From Candidatus Latescibacterota bacterium (GTDB taxonomy: Bacteria; Latescibacterota; UBA2968; UBA8231), in the NCBI GenBank assembly GCA_965205655.1, contig CBDBIJ010000022.1, positions 32,001 to 96,000 on the forward strand: DNA of 64,000 bases, given 5' to 3'. Shown here piece by piece: positions 21,022 through 30,320 of this stretch. The notes beneath the pieces are model-generated. The model did no database searches, was not told the DNA's origin, and saw nothing but the letters and a program-made list of their open reading frames with translations. The position numbers were made by a program, and so were the translations under genes. Numbering within the stretch: position 1 is the stretch's first letter; every line of letters starts with the position of its first letter.

Positions 21022-22449
21022 CGCTTTGTCCCGATCTTAGTTGAAACAGCACAGGCTCCAATCGTTACGTTTTGATACGAGAAGCCCGTTGGAAGAAGTC
21101 TCGCATCGGTAACAAAAGGAGCCTGCAATGAGCAAGCTGGTAGCACGGAAGAAGGGCGTCAAACGAACGGTGAGCATCGGCAAGGTAGCACCCGAGACTG
21201 CAGAGCAAGTAGAGGACCTGGATGGCCGGATCGAGGCGATCCAATGGCTGATTCCCTTGGGGCTGCAGGCGGTCGCGGAGGAGCTGCAAAGAGCGGTCGT
21301 TGAGTTGGCTGGGTCGCGGTATCAGCGCAAGGGGTCGGATCAGCCGTTACGCCGCTGGGGGTCTCAGCTCGGGTCGGTGTACCTGGCCGACCAGAAACTA
21401 CCCGTCGATGTGCCGCGGGTGCGCAACGTGGCCAACCATACCGAGGTCCCGCTGGATGTTTACCAGGCACTGCAGACGCCTCGACAGATGGACGAAGGTC
21501 TGCTGTTGCGGATGCTGAAGGGCATCGCCACGCGCAACTACGAGGCCTGCGCTGAGGCCGTACCCGAGGCCTTTGGTCTGTCATCCTCATCGGTGTCCTG
21601 TCGTTACGTGAAAGGCACGGCTCGAAAGCTGGCTGAATTCCAGGAGCGATCCCTGGAAGGATATGATCTGGTGGCGCTATTCCTCGACGGCAAGAGCTTC
21701 GCGGACGAGGAGATCATCATCGCCCTGGGCGTCACCCTCGACGGACAGAAGATTCCTCTTGGCTTCGTGCAGGCGGCCACGGAAAACGAGCGCGTCTGCC
21801 GTCGCTTCCTGTCCGATCTGGTCGAACGCGGTATGCAGTACGAAGCCGGACTGTTGGTCGTCATCGACGGCGCCAAGGGGCTTTACAAGGCGGTGATGTC
21901 GGTGCTCAAAGGACATGCCTGCGTGCAGCGCTGCCAGTATCACAAGCGCCAGAACGTCGTGTCGTATCTGTCCAAAAGCGAGCAGTCCGGTATGGGTCGC
22001 AAGATGGAGGCGGCCTACGGCAAACCGAGATACGAGGCGGCCAAGGCGGCACTGGACGCGCTCAAACCGGGCTTGAAGTTGATGAATCAGTCCGCCCTAC
22101 ACAGCCTCGAGGAAGGCATGGAAGAGACCCTCACACTCCATCGGTTGGGACTGACGCCGATGCTCAAGGATTCCTTCCGCACCACCAACTGCATCGAGAA
22201 CGTCAACAGTCTCCTGGAGCAGCTCACACACAACGTGCGACGCTGGACCAACTCATCACAGCGTCACCGTTGGGTAGCCACGGCACTGCTCGACATCGAA
22301 CCACGTCTGCGCAGGGTCAAGGGCTATCGCCATCTGCCGATGCTCCGGCAAGCCATACAAGCCGAACTCGGCATCAAACAGCTCGCGGTGATGGGCTGAC
22401 ACACTCACCCGAGCCTGTGATTTGTTTCAACTGAAACTGGGCCTTGACC
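21022..22449 (+). mobile_element. IS256-family insertion sequence with imperfect TIRs and target duplication
   Basis: TIR gtcccgatcttagttgaaacagcacaggctc versus reverse complement of gagcctgtgatttgtttcaactgaaactgggcc; GTCGGAAG(CG) duplicated at 21014 and 22450. Confidence 0.9.
21128..22399 (+). CDS. IS256-family transposase (intact)
   Basis: VPRVR, LFLDGK, VIDGAKG, QRCQYHK, RTTNCIEN. Confidence 0.92.
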   Translation: MSKLVARKKGVKRTVSIGKVAPETAEQVEDLDGRIEAIQWLIPLGLQAVAEELQRAVVELAGSRYQRKGSDQPLRRWGSQLGSVYLADQKLPVDVPRVRNVANHTEVPLDVYQALQTPRQMDEGLLLRMLKGIATRNYEACAEAVPEAFGLSSSSVSCRYVKGTARKLAEFQERSLEGYDLVALFLDGKSFADEEIIIALGVTLDGQKIPLGFVQAATENERVCRRFLSDLVERGMQYEAGLLVVIDGAKGLYKAVMSVLKGHACVQRCQYHKRQNVVSYLSKSEQSGMGRKMEAAYGKPRYEAAKAALDALKPGLKLMNQSALHSLEEGMEETLTLHRLGLTPMLKDSFRTTNCIENVNSLLEQLTHNVRRWTNSSQRHRWVATALLDIEPRLRRVKGYRHLPMLRQAIQAELGIKQLAVMG

Positions 22450-23412
22450 GTCGGAAGCGGGTGTCATCGGGGCGTCGCGGTCGTCGTACTGAACCTCGGC
22501 GACGATACCCAGATCTGCGGCCGTGGAAAGAATGCCGACGAGGGTGTACTCGGCGCCGGCGACAGCAGCGCTGGAGCGTCCGTCGATGCCATCGCGATGC
22601 ACAGCTTCCAGCTTGGCGAGCCAGTCGCCGCGGGTCAGCTGCAGATCCAGACTCGTCTGGTGTAGCAGATCGTAGTGCGGGATCAGCCTCGGTTCCGCGG
22701 CACCGTCGTTGGCTGCCAGGCGCGGTTCCCGCGACGTGCCGTAGAAGTGACCGATGCCGATGTCGTAGTCGCCGATGATATGACTCCAGCGCGCGGCTGC
22801 GTCCGGGTGCCAGCGCTCGAGGTCGGACCCGTACCGGGAGCCGGCGATGGGAACTGGAGGACGCAGACGACCGTCGCGGCCTGCGAACGTGCGTTCGCGA
22901 AACCCTGACATGACGAAGAGATCGAGTGTGCCCCAATCGCGCAGCAGAGTCAGCTGCAGCATGGGCTGGCCGAGCTTGTCCTCCGTATCGGAGTTTTCCA
23001 CGAGGTCGGTCTGGTTCACGACATCGACGAGATGGACGGATTCGGCAACCCCCCAGAAAACCTTGCGCACGCCGACATAGAGATCGGCGCTGTCGAAGGA
23101 GCGGCGCCAGTAGAGCTCGCGCAGGTCGACGTGGGTGCGGTCCTCGTCCTCTAGGTCCCAGCGCCCAAAGGGGACGACGACAAACGTTCGGCCCCGTCAG
23201 CCCAATCGTGGTAAAACTCGGGCTCGACAGCGACGGAAAGTCCGGCGTCCTGCTGGGGCACGTCGAGGGCGTCGTTGGGAAAGAGCCGGCTTTCGAAGGC
23301 GACCTCTCCAAAGAGTTCGGCCGCAGGCGCCGCTCGACTGGCGATGATCACGACGACGAAGACGAGTGCTACGAAAGATGTGCGCACCGACATGTCACCC
23401 TGCCCTCGCCCG

Positions 23413-24283
23413 TCAACGCGCGCGGGCCAGGCTGTTGCGGTTGAAGTCCTTGTCGTCAAAGCCATTGGCGAAAACGAACTCCTCCCAGTTGAGATCCGTC
23501 TCCTTGCCGGTCTTGTGATTCACCATCATCCAGCGGCTGGCACGCCAGTACTGATCCAGGTACTGGTTGTAGTCGGCGACGGTGAGCGTCTTCATCAGCG
23601 ACCCGCGCCGATCGTAGAACTCGACCTTCCAAACGCGGTATTCATTGGTATCGAGCCAGGCCACCTGGCGGGAGTATCCGGACTTCGGGTCCACCGGGTC
23701 GCGCTCGACGACAAAGTGGTTGCGGTCTTCGAAGGCCTCTTCGCCGATGTAGCGGTAGGTGTACTTCTCTACCTCCTGCGAAGAGATATCCTCGTAGGCG
23801 AACTCGCTGCCCATGAAGGGGCCGGACTTGTTGTTGGAGGCGATGCGCTTCACCCGCTTGAGCGCCGGCAGATAGAGCCACTGGTCGTCGGACCCTGTCT
23901 TGTGGGTGAAGGAGAGAAAGGCCGTGCCCTTCACGTCGCCGGGATTCTCGAAAATAAATGAGGGACCTGTCGCCGTCGTCGGCCTGCTCGAGGGTGCGCA
24001 CCCGCATGCGGCGTTCGGAGGTCTCCCCGTGCTTGTTGCGCAGGATCATGGTAATGCTCGCCTTGAGGTCGCCGAAGCCGGTGTCGCGACGATCGGCTTC
24101 CACAGCGATCTCGAGACCGCGGGCAGCGGCCTCTTCCGCCCCTTCCTGAGCGGTGAGCGCGACAGGATCGAGTGCGGCAGTCACGATCAAGGCGAGGCCG
24201 GAAGCGCGCAGGACTCCCGCCGAAGCGAGGAGTGCGGGAATTCGAGCGCAATTCATGCGAACTAGGTCATACAGGTTCATCAT
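23413..24283 (-). pseudogene. Outer-membrane lipoprotein-sorting (LolA-like) protein, frameshift near 23955
   Basis: DRRDTGFGD...DGDRSLI then (shifted) PGDVKGTAFL, DDQWLYLPALKRVKRI, FMGSEFAYED. Confidence 0.8.
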
Positions 24284-24302
24284 GCTCTCCTTGGTTTTTT
24301 GA

Positions 24303-26666
24303 TTAACTGGCCGGGGCGACATCGGGCGCTCCGGCGAGTGGTGACGCTTCCCTTCCGGTTGACTTCTTGCTATCGAGTTTGATGAGCAGCGCCGGCAGCA
24401 GCAGAAAGTCGGCGACAAGCGCCATGCCTATGGCGATGGCAGTGAGCAGAGCCATGAGGGAGTTCAGGGCGAAGTCGGACCTCGCGAGCACACTGAAGCC
24501 GGCAATGAGGATCAGGGAGGTGACGACGATCGCCTAACCCACATTGTGAAATGCGTAGCGTACGGCATCGGGCGCGTCCAGGTTCTGCTCTCTGCGGGCG
24601 CGCTTGTACTTCGTGAGGAAGTGGATCGTGTCGTCGACGACGATTCCGAGAGTCATGCCGCTCACCATGGATACGGCCATGTTGACTTCGCCTACGAATA
24701 GACCCCAGGCACCGAAGGCGAGGCCGGCGGGTAGCAGATTCGGCACCAGCGAAATGCCCCCGAGCTTGGAGCTCTTGAGCACACCTACGAGGATTGCCGA
24801 GATCAACACGACAGCGAGGAAGGTGCCCACGAGCATCGAGCGGATGTTGCGATCTGAAATGTAGGCGAACATGATCGCCGGACCGATGCCGGCAGTGGCA
24901 AGCTTCGGCGTGTTGTCGCGCAGCCAGCCTTCGCCGCGCTGGGCGATCTCGCGCAGGCGGCGGGAGTCGAGGTTGTCGAGGGTGGCGACGATCTGGGTGC
25001 TCGACTTGTCGATGTTGAGCTGGTTGTTGAGGTCGAGTCCGTAGGGTAGGGAGAGCTCGTAAAGCAGCAGGTACTGGGCGGCGAGCTCGCGATCCTCCGG
25101 CAGCCGGTAGTAGTCGTTGTCGTCAGCGTGGAGATTTCTGTTCAGGCGCTTGAAGGTATCGGTGATGGTGTTGACGTGGCGAACCTCCGGCTGGGCCCGC
25201 AGCCAGTCGACGAAGCCGCCGACCTGCGCTAGGAAGGCGGGATCGCTGACCCCGTTGCTGGAACCGGAATCCAGGGAGAATTGCAACTGATAGGATCCGG
25301 TGAGACGATCTGTGGTGACGGTCACGTCGGAGCGAAAAGTCGTGGTCTCGTCGAAGTAGGCGACGAAATCGTCGTTGAGATCGTTGGACGGGATAAAGGC
25401 GAGCAGCAGGATGGCAAACGCCGAAAAGCCGACGAGGATGGGGCGGTTGCGCTGCACCACCCAGTCTCCGAGTCGGTCCATGGCCTTGCCGATCAGGGTC
25501 TGACCTTGCCGCGACTTCACCGGGAAAATGGCAATGAAGGCGGGCAGGAAGCCGACGGAATAGAAGAAGGCGACGATCATACCTACTGCGGTGATATTGC
25601 CGAGGTCACCGAATGGCGGCGAGTCGGAGAAGTTCAGCGACAGAAAGCCGATAGCCGTGGTCACACTGGTGAGGAACACCGGCGACATGTTGAGGCGCAG
25701 ACTTTCGACCAGGGCATCGCGACGGCCTACGCCTCTGCGCATGGCGCTGAGCAAACTCACGAGAATGTGGATGGAGTCGGCCACGGCGATGGTCATGATG
25801 ATCGTGGGCGCTGCCGAGGACGGCGGTGTCAGCTCGATGCCTACCCAGCCGGCCAGCCCCATGGCGGTCATCAAGGAAAGAAGGATAACGAGCACCGTGC
25901 CGATGGTGGCGGTGATCGAGCGCAACAGGAGAAAGGCGACGATGACGATGATGAGGTACATAGCCGGCACCATCGTCTCCATGTCCTTCAAGCTCATCTC
26001 CTGAAAGGCGTTGTTGAGCATGACCATACCGGTGAGGTGGACGTCCACGCCGTAGTCCGCCTCGAGTCGGGCGGCGAGCTCGCGGGCGGCGGCCACGGCC
26101 TGGGGCGTCTCGTCCATCGTCTTTTGCGGCATCTGAAAAGTGACGTTGACGCCGGTCGTGTGCCCCTCGTGGGCGACGAGAAAGTCACGCAGAGCCGGCT
26201 CCTTCGTGGCGATCTCGGCGACTTCGCCGAGCCTTTCCGGGGTGAAATCGAGACCCCCTTCCACAAGATCGGCGACGATAAGGTCGTCCTCGGTGGCGGT
26301 GGTGTGCTGGTGGTTGGTGATGGAGTCGACGCGCAGGACGTAGGGCAGCTGCCAGGCTTCGATCGTAAAAAACTCGACGGCGTCGAGGACCTGGGGAGTG
26401 AAGACGGCATCATCCCGGGGAGCGATGGCGAAGAGGATGTTGTCGATCTTCGTGTAGGTGCGTTGGAGCTTCTCGAAGGCGAGCAACTCGGGGTTGTCAT
26501 CGGAGAAGAAGACGCGGTAGTCGTTGTTGAAGGCGAGACGGGCTCCGCCGGAGCCGGCGATGGCGGCGAAGGCGAGGGATCCGACCAGGACGAGCCAGCG
26601 CCAGCGGATGACCCATTCGGCGAAGGCGCCGGCGGAGCCGTTGCCGTTTTTGGGGGAGGTGGACAT
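24303..26666 (-). pseudogene. MMPL/RND family transporter with in-frame TAG at 24534-24536
   Basis: Twin RND halves (IAVADSIH, LGIVVDDTIH); the frame continues after TAG with AIVVTSLILIAGF...ADFLLLPALL. Confidence 0.85.
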
Positions 26667-26693
26667 GAGGCGATTCTCCTTTTCTTGCGGTGG

Positions 26694-26787
26694 ATTAGGA
26701 ACCGATCGGTCAACTAATGGGCAAAACGATACCCGGCCTTTTTAGCCGGGTGTCGATGAATATAGGAATTAGGAACCGATCGGTCAA
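26694..26787 (-). promoter_or_regulatory. Two TetR-type operators and sigma70 promoter of the MMPL operon
   Basis: Identical 20-mers ATTAGGAACCGATCGGTCAA at 26694 and 26768 (core palindrome ACCGATCGGT); minus-strand TTGACC(26787)-N17-TATATT(26764). Confidence 0.75.
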
Positions 26788-26800
26788 GAACCGCGCCTCC

Positions 26801-26868
26801 GCCTCGACACCACTCTAATCCTTGATATACACTATCGATACACTCTACCGAGATCACCCCTGATTCCA
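26801..26868 (+). repeat. Copy 2 of the dispersed direct repeat
   Basis: gcctcgacaccactctaatccttgatatacactat...gagatcacccctgattcca, with about 13 extra internal bases relative to copy 1. Confidence 0.75.
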
Positions 26869-26877
26869 GGGCCCGAG

Positions 26878-27831
26878 TTGGATACGTTCACGAACTTCGC
26901 CTACGGCTCCAACATGTCGGCAGCGCGATTGCGGCAGCGCGCGCCGTCCGCACGTTTTCGCGACATCGGTCGGCTCGAGGGTCACACGCTTCGTTGGCAC
27001 AAGCGCGGCCGCGACGGCTCCGGGAAATGCGATGCGGAAGCCACCGGGATGGATTTAGACGTAGTCTGGGGAGTCCTGTTCGAGATCGACCGCTCTGAGA
27101 AGCCTCGGCTCGACGAGGCCGAAGGGCTCCATCATGGTTATGACGAGAAGGAAGTTGAGATCGCTACCGTCCAGGGGACGGTCAAGGCCCTGATGTATTG
27201 CGCCACCGACATTGCGCCTGCGCTCAGTCCTTATCACTGGTACAAGGCTTTCGTCGTTGCCGGCGCCAGACAGCACGGCCTACCCGAACCCTATGTCCGC
27301 GACCTCGAGCAGGTGGAGTCTGTCGGCGACCCTGACGCGAACCGTGCAGCCATCAATTCCGAAATCGATCGCGGTGAGCCCTGCACGAACCGCATTGAGT
27401 TGGATGATCCGTTTGATCTGAATCGCTTCACGAGCGCCCAGCACGGTGTCTATGACCGTGCGCTCGCAGAATTGAGAGACGGCCGCAAGCGGACGCACTG
27501 GATGTGGTTCATCTTCCCGCAACTCGATGGATTGGGACACAGCACAACGGCGAAGCATTACTCCATAAAGAGTATCGAGGAAGCTACACAGTATCTGAAT
27601 CATCCGGTCCTTGGACGAAGGCTGCTGGAATGTACCCAGGCAGTTTGTACTATTGTGGGACGATCAGTCTCAGAGATCTTCGGCTACCCGGATGACCTCA
27701 AGTTCAAGTCTTCGATGACACTGTTCTCATGTTTTGCGGATCCAGACTCAATGTTTGACCAGGCCCTCGATAAGTACTTTCATGGAAAGCAGGATGACGT
27801 GACACTCCAGCTACTGGAAAAGAGGAGATGA
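26878..27831 (+). CDS. Gamma-glutamylcyclotransferase-like domain fused to DUF1810
   Basis: FAYGSNM, VWGVLF, LDEAEG; then DPFDLNRF..AQ, GRKRTHWMWFIFPQL, PDDLKFKSSMTLF. Confidence 0.8.
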   Translation: MDTFTNFAYGSNMSAARLRQRAPSARFRDIGRLEGHTLRWHKRGRDGSGKCDAEATGMDLDVVWGVLFEIDRSEKPRLDEAEGLHHGYDEKEVEIATVQGTVKALMYCATDIAPALSPYHWYKAFVVAGARQHGLPEPYVRDLEQVESVGDPDANRAAINSEIDRGEPCTNRIELDDPFDLNRFTSAQHGVYDRALAELRDGRKRTHWMWFIFPQLDGLGHSTTAKHYSIKSIEEATQYLNHPVLGRRLLECTQAVCTIVGRSVSEIFGYPDDLKFKSSMTLFSCFADPDSMFDQALDKYFHGKQDDVTLQLLEKRR

Positions 27832-27835
27832 TCCG

Positions 27836-28240
27836 ATGAATGCCACCGCTCGAGCAACAACGAAGGTTCAGCAGACCGTTCCCCTCCTGTTCGTCTCCGA
27901 GATCTCCGAGTCACACGAATTCTATTGCGACGGCCTCGGCTTCGACATGGCGGGAAAGTGGGAGCCCGACGGACAACTCGCCTGGTGCCGGCTCCAGCAC
28001 GGCGGCGCGGCCCTGATGCTGCAGCAGGCCCGCGAGGAAGACCCGCCCGCGGACACGCGAGGCAAAGGGGTGACTTTCTACTTCATCTGCGACGACGCTG
28101 ACGCATTGTATGAGGAAATCACCGGACGCGGTATCAAGGCATCCGAGCCGGCCGACGCCTTCTATGGAATGAGACAAACCTTCATCACCGATCCGGACGG
28201 CTACGAGCTGTGTTTCGAGAGCCCGACGAACGGTGGATAG
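27836..28240 (+). CDS. VOC/bleomycin-resistance family protein
   Basis: FYCDGLGF, FYGMRQTFITDPDGYELCF. Confidence 0.85.
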   Translation: MNATARATTKVQQTVPLLFVSEISESHEFYCDGLGFDMAGKWEPDGQLAWCRLQHGGAALMLQQAREEDPPADTRGKGVTFYFICDDADALYEEITGRGIKASEPADAFYGMRQTFITDPDGYELCFESPTNGG

Positions 28241-28286
28241 CGATTCCCTGGGCTTCTAAACCGCTGCAGCAATCTGAGAGGCCAAA

Positions 28287-28688
28287 ATGAAGCAGGCAAC
28301 CGATGCAACCACCGCCATCACATCCATATCCCCCTTCTTTATCGTCAGCGATTTTTCGTCGGCGACGGCTTTCTACCGCGACATGCTTGGCTTTGAAATC
28401 CGGCTTCAGACCCCCGATGACGAACCCTTCTTCGCGATTCTTGGGCGCGATGGCGTTTCCCTGATGGTGAAAGAGATCGCTCCCGACGTACCTCCGCAGC
28501 CGAATCCAACGCGACACGAATGGGCTCGATGGGACGCCTTCGTTCACACACCCGATCCCGACGCACTGTTTGACGAGTTCGAGAAGCGCGGTCTGACTTT
28601 TCATCAACCTTTGGGGGATACCGACGATGGACTGCGCGGTTTTGAGGTACAGGATGTGGATGGGTACGTACTCTTCTTCGGTCGGTAG
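28287..28688 (+). CDS. VOC/bleomycin-resistance family protein
   Basis: FYRDMLGF, GLRGFEVQDVDGYVLFFG. Confidence 0.85.
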   Translation: MKQATDATTAITSISPFFIVSDFSSATAFYRDMLGFEIRLQTPDDEPFFAILGRDGVSLMVKEIAPDVPPQPNPTRHEWARWDAFVHTPDPDALFDEFEKRGLTFHQPLGDTDDGLRGFEVQDVDGYVLFFGR

Positions 28689-28692
28689 CGAA

Positions 28693-29088
28693 TCAACGAC
28701 CCCAGGCGCTGCCGACCGCCACCGACTCGCCGCGCTGGTTCTCGCACCATACTTCCAGCTTCAGCCCGCCTTCCTCTTCAGCGACGACTTTCCCTCTGGC
28801 GCGTAGCTCGTCGTCGGGCGCGACGATGGCGATGAACGCCAGCTCCATCCGCCCGCCCTCCGTCCATGCATCGCCGAAGCTGTCCAGCATCATCTCGGTG
28901 AGGTATCCCATGTACATCGTCGCCGACGCGATCGGGACAGGCAAGCCGCAGCTGCGGGCCGTCTCCTCGTCGGTGTGGATGTTCTTGTTCGGCCAGCCGG
29001 AGAAAGCCCGCATGCGTTCGAGCGTCACCGCTTTGGGACGTCCTTCTATCTCATCTCCGACCGCGAATCGACCATTGTCCTCGCTCAA
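28693..29088 (-). CDS. MaoC-family dehydratase (hot-dog fold)
   Basis: NIHTDEETA..GL..PIA, LEVWCENQRGE. Confidence 0.8.
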   Translation of the reverse strand: MSEDNGRFAVGDEIEGRPKAVTLERMRAFSGWPNKNIHTDEETARSCGLPVPIASATMYMGYLTEMMLDSFGDAWTEGGRMELAFIAIVAPDDELRARGKVVAEEEGGLKLEVWCENQRGESVAVGSAWGR

Positions 29089-29101
29089 CGGGAACCTCCT
29101 T

Positions 29102-29551
29102 TTAACCAGACGTCTCGTCTGAGCCCTGCCCCTGCACCCACGTGGAGGTCATTCGGCGAATCAGCACCTCCGCGCCTCCATCCTCGAGGACTCGGCACTC
29201 GAACACGGTATACGGCCGGTCGCGCTTGGTGTAGCGTTCAAGCACCTTCCACAGCACACGAAAAGTCGTCCCGGCCCGCCCCGGTCTCAAGAAGGTCACC
29301 TCGTCCTTGGCGTGCACGTGGCCCATCCCCTGCGGCAGTACGTGAGAAGAGCTGCGCGTGGGGTTGCTCTGATTCAGCAGGATGCTCGGGTGAACCCATG
29401 GATCACCGTTCGTCGACCCTTCGGTGTAGCGCGCGCTCGTGTCCTGGACAGCCTCCAGATACTTGCGGTTCATCTCTTCGCTGACATGGATCTCGTAGGG
29501 CGCGATCTCATCCTCGGGGCCGAACTGGTCGATGGTTTTGGTTTGTGCCAT
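29102..29551 (-). CDS. MaoC-like hot-dog fold protein
   Basis: VHAKDEVTFLRP, ERYTKRDRPY. Confidence 0.65.
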   Translation of the reverse strand: MAQTKTIDQFGPEDEIAPYEIHVSEEMNRKYLEAVQDTSARYTEGSTNGDPWVHPSILLNQSNPTRSSSHVLPQGMGHVHAKDEVTFLRPGRAGTTFRVLWKVLERYTKRDRPYTVFECRVLEDGGAEVLIRRMTSTWVQGQGSDETSG

Positions 29552-29552
29552 G

Positions 29553-30305
29553 CTACTTTGCCTTCCACACAGGTTTGCGTCTCTCCTTGAACGCCCGCAG
29601 ACCTTCCTGCGCATCCTCCGTTTTCTCCACGTCTTCGAGGATCTGGCCGGCTAGTTTATAAGCTTCGTCCGCAGGCAGGGAGAGCGTTCGTACCGTCGCC
29701 TCCTTCATAGCCCTGACGGCGAGCGGCGCATTCTCCAGAATCCTGTCGGCCATGGCCTTCGCTTCGGTCATCAGCTGATCGTGGGGTACGACGCGGTTGA
29801 CCAGACCCAGCTCCAAGGCCTCCTCCGCATCGATGAACTCACCGGTTAGAAGAATCTCGAGCGCTTTGTTCAGCGGCACCCGCCTGGCCAGCATCGTCGG
29901 ACCGCTGATCGAAGAGAGGCCTCGCTTGACCTGGGGCCAGCCGAAGCGGCCCTCCTCTTGCGAGACAATGCAGATATCCGACGACAGGGCCAGGGCCGTG
30001 CCCTGCGCCAGGCAAACCCCGTTCACCGCACTGATCAGCGGCTTAAAGGTTTCAGTCTGCAACGTATAGAGTTCGTGGAATGACGGCTTGGCGCCGGCGA
30101 ACGGCTCGTTCAGATCGTGGCCGGCGCAAAACGCTTTGCCCCGCCCGGTGATCAAAGCCGCCCACACATCGTCGTTCTGTTGAATGTCGGTGAAGACGTC
30201 CCACAGCTCAGTGCGCATCTTCGCGTTCACGGCATTCATCATCTCGGGCCGATTCAACGTGATGGAGGCCAGATTGTTCTCGATGCGATATTCGATCGTT
30301 TCCAT
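29553..30305 (-). CDS. Enoyl-CoA hydratase/isomerase
   Basis: LNRPEMMNA, AFCAGHDL, EDAQEGLRAFKERRKPVW. Confidence 0.92.
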   Translation of the reverse strand: METIEYRIENNLASITLNRPEMMNAVNAKMRTELWDVFTDIQQNDDVWAALITGRGKAFCAGHDLNEPFAGAKPSFHELYTLQTETFKPLISAVNGVCLAQGTALALSSDICIVSQEEGRFGWPQVKRGLSSISGPTMLARRVPLNKALEILLTGEFIDAEEALELGLVNRVVPHDQLMTEAKAMADRILENAPLAVRAMKEATVRTLSLPADEAYKLAGQILEDVEKTEDAQEGLRAFKERRKPVWKAK

Positions 30306-30320
30306 GTCACCTCGCTTACT

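Larger units (their letters stand above)
20768..23393 (-). pseudogene. Outer-membrane beta-barrel partner of the MMPL operon, split by IS256 and frameshifted near 23185
   Basis: Signal peptide at 23393; DLRELYW..., KVFWGVAES; the frame rejoins across the IS as DDRDAPMTPASD|NDIAVGGRL; ends VEYVQFF. Confidence 0.8.

Noticed and set aside
26694..26787. Two 20-bp repeats as a mini-CRISPR
   Set aside because: Only two short units, overlapping a promoter, with no cas genes; better explained as operators
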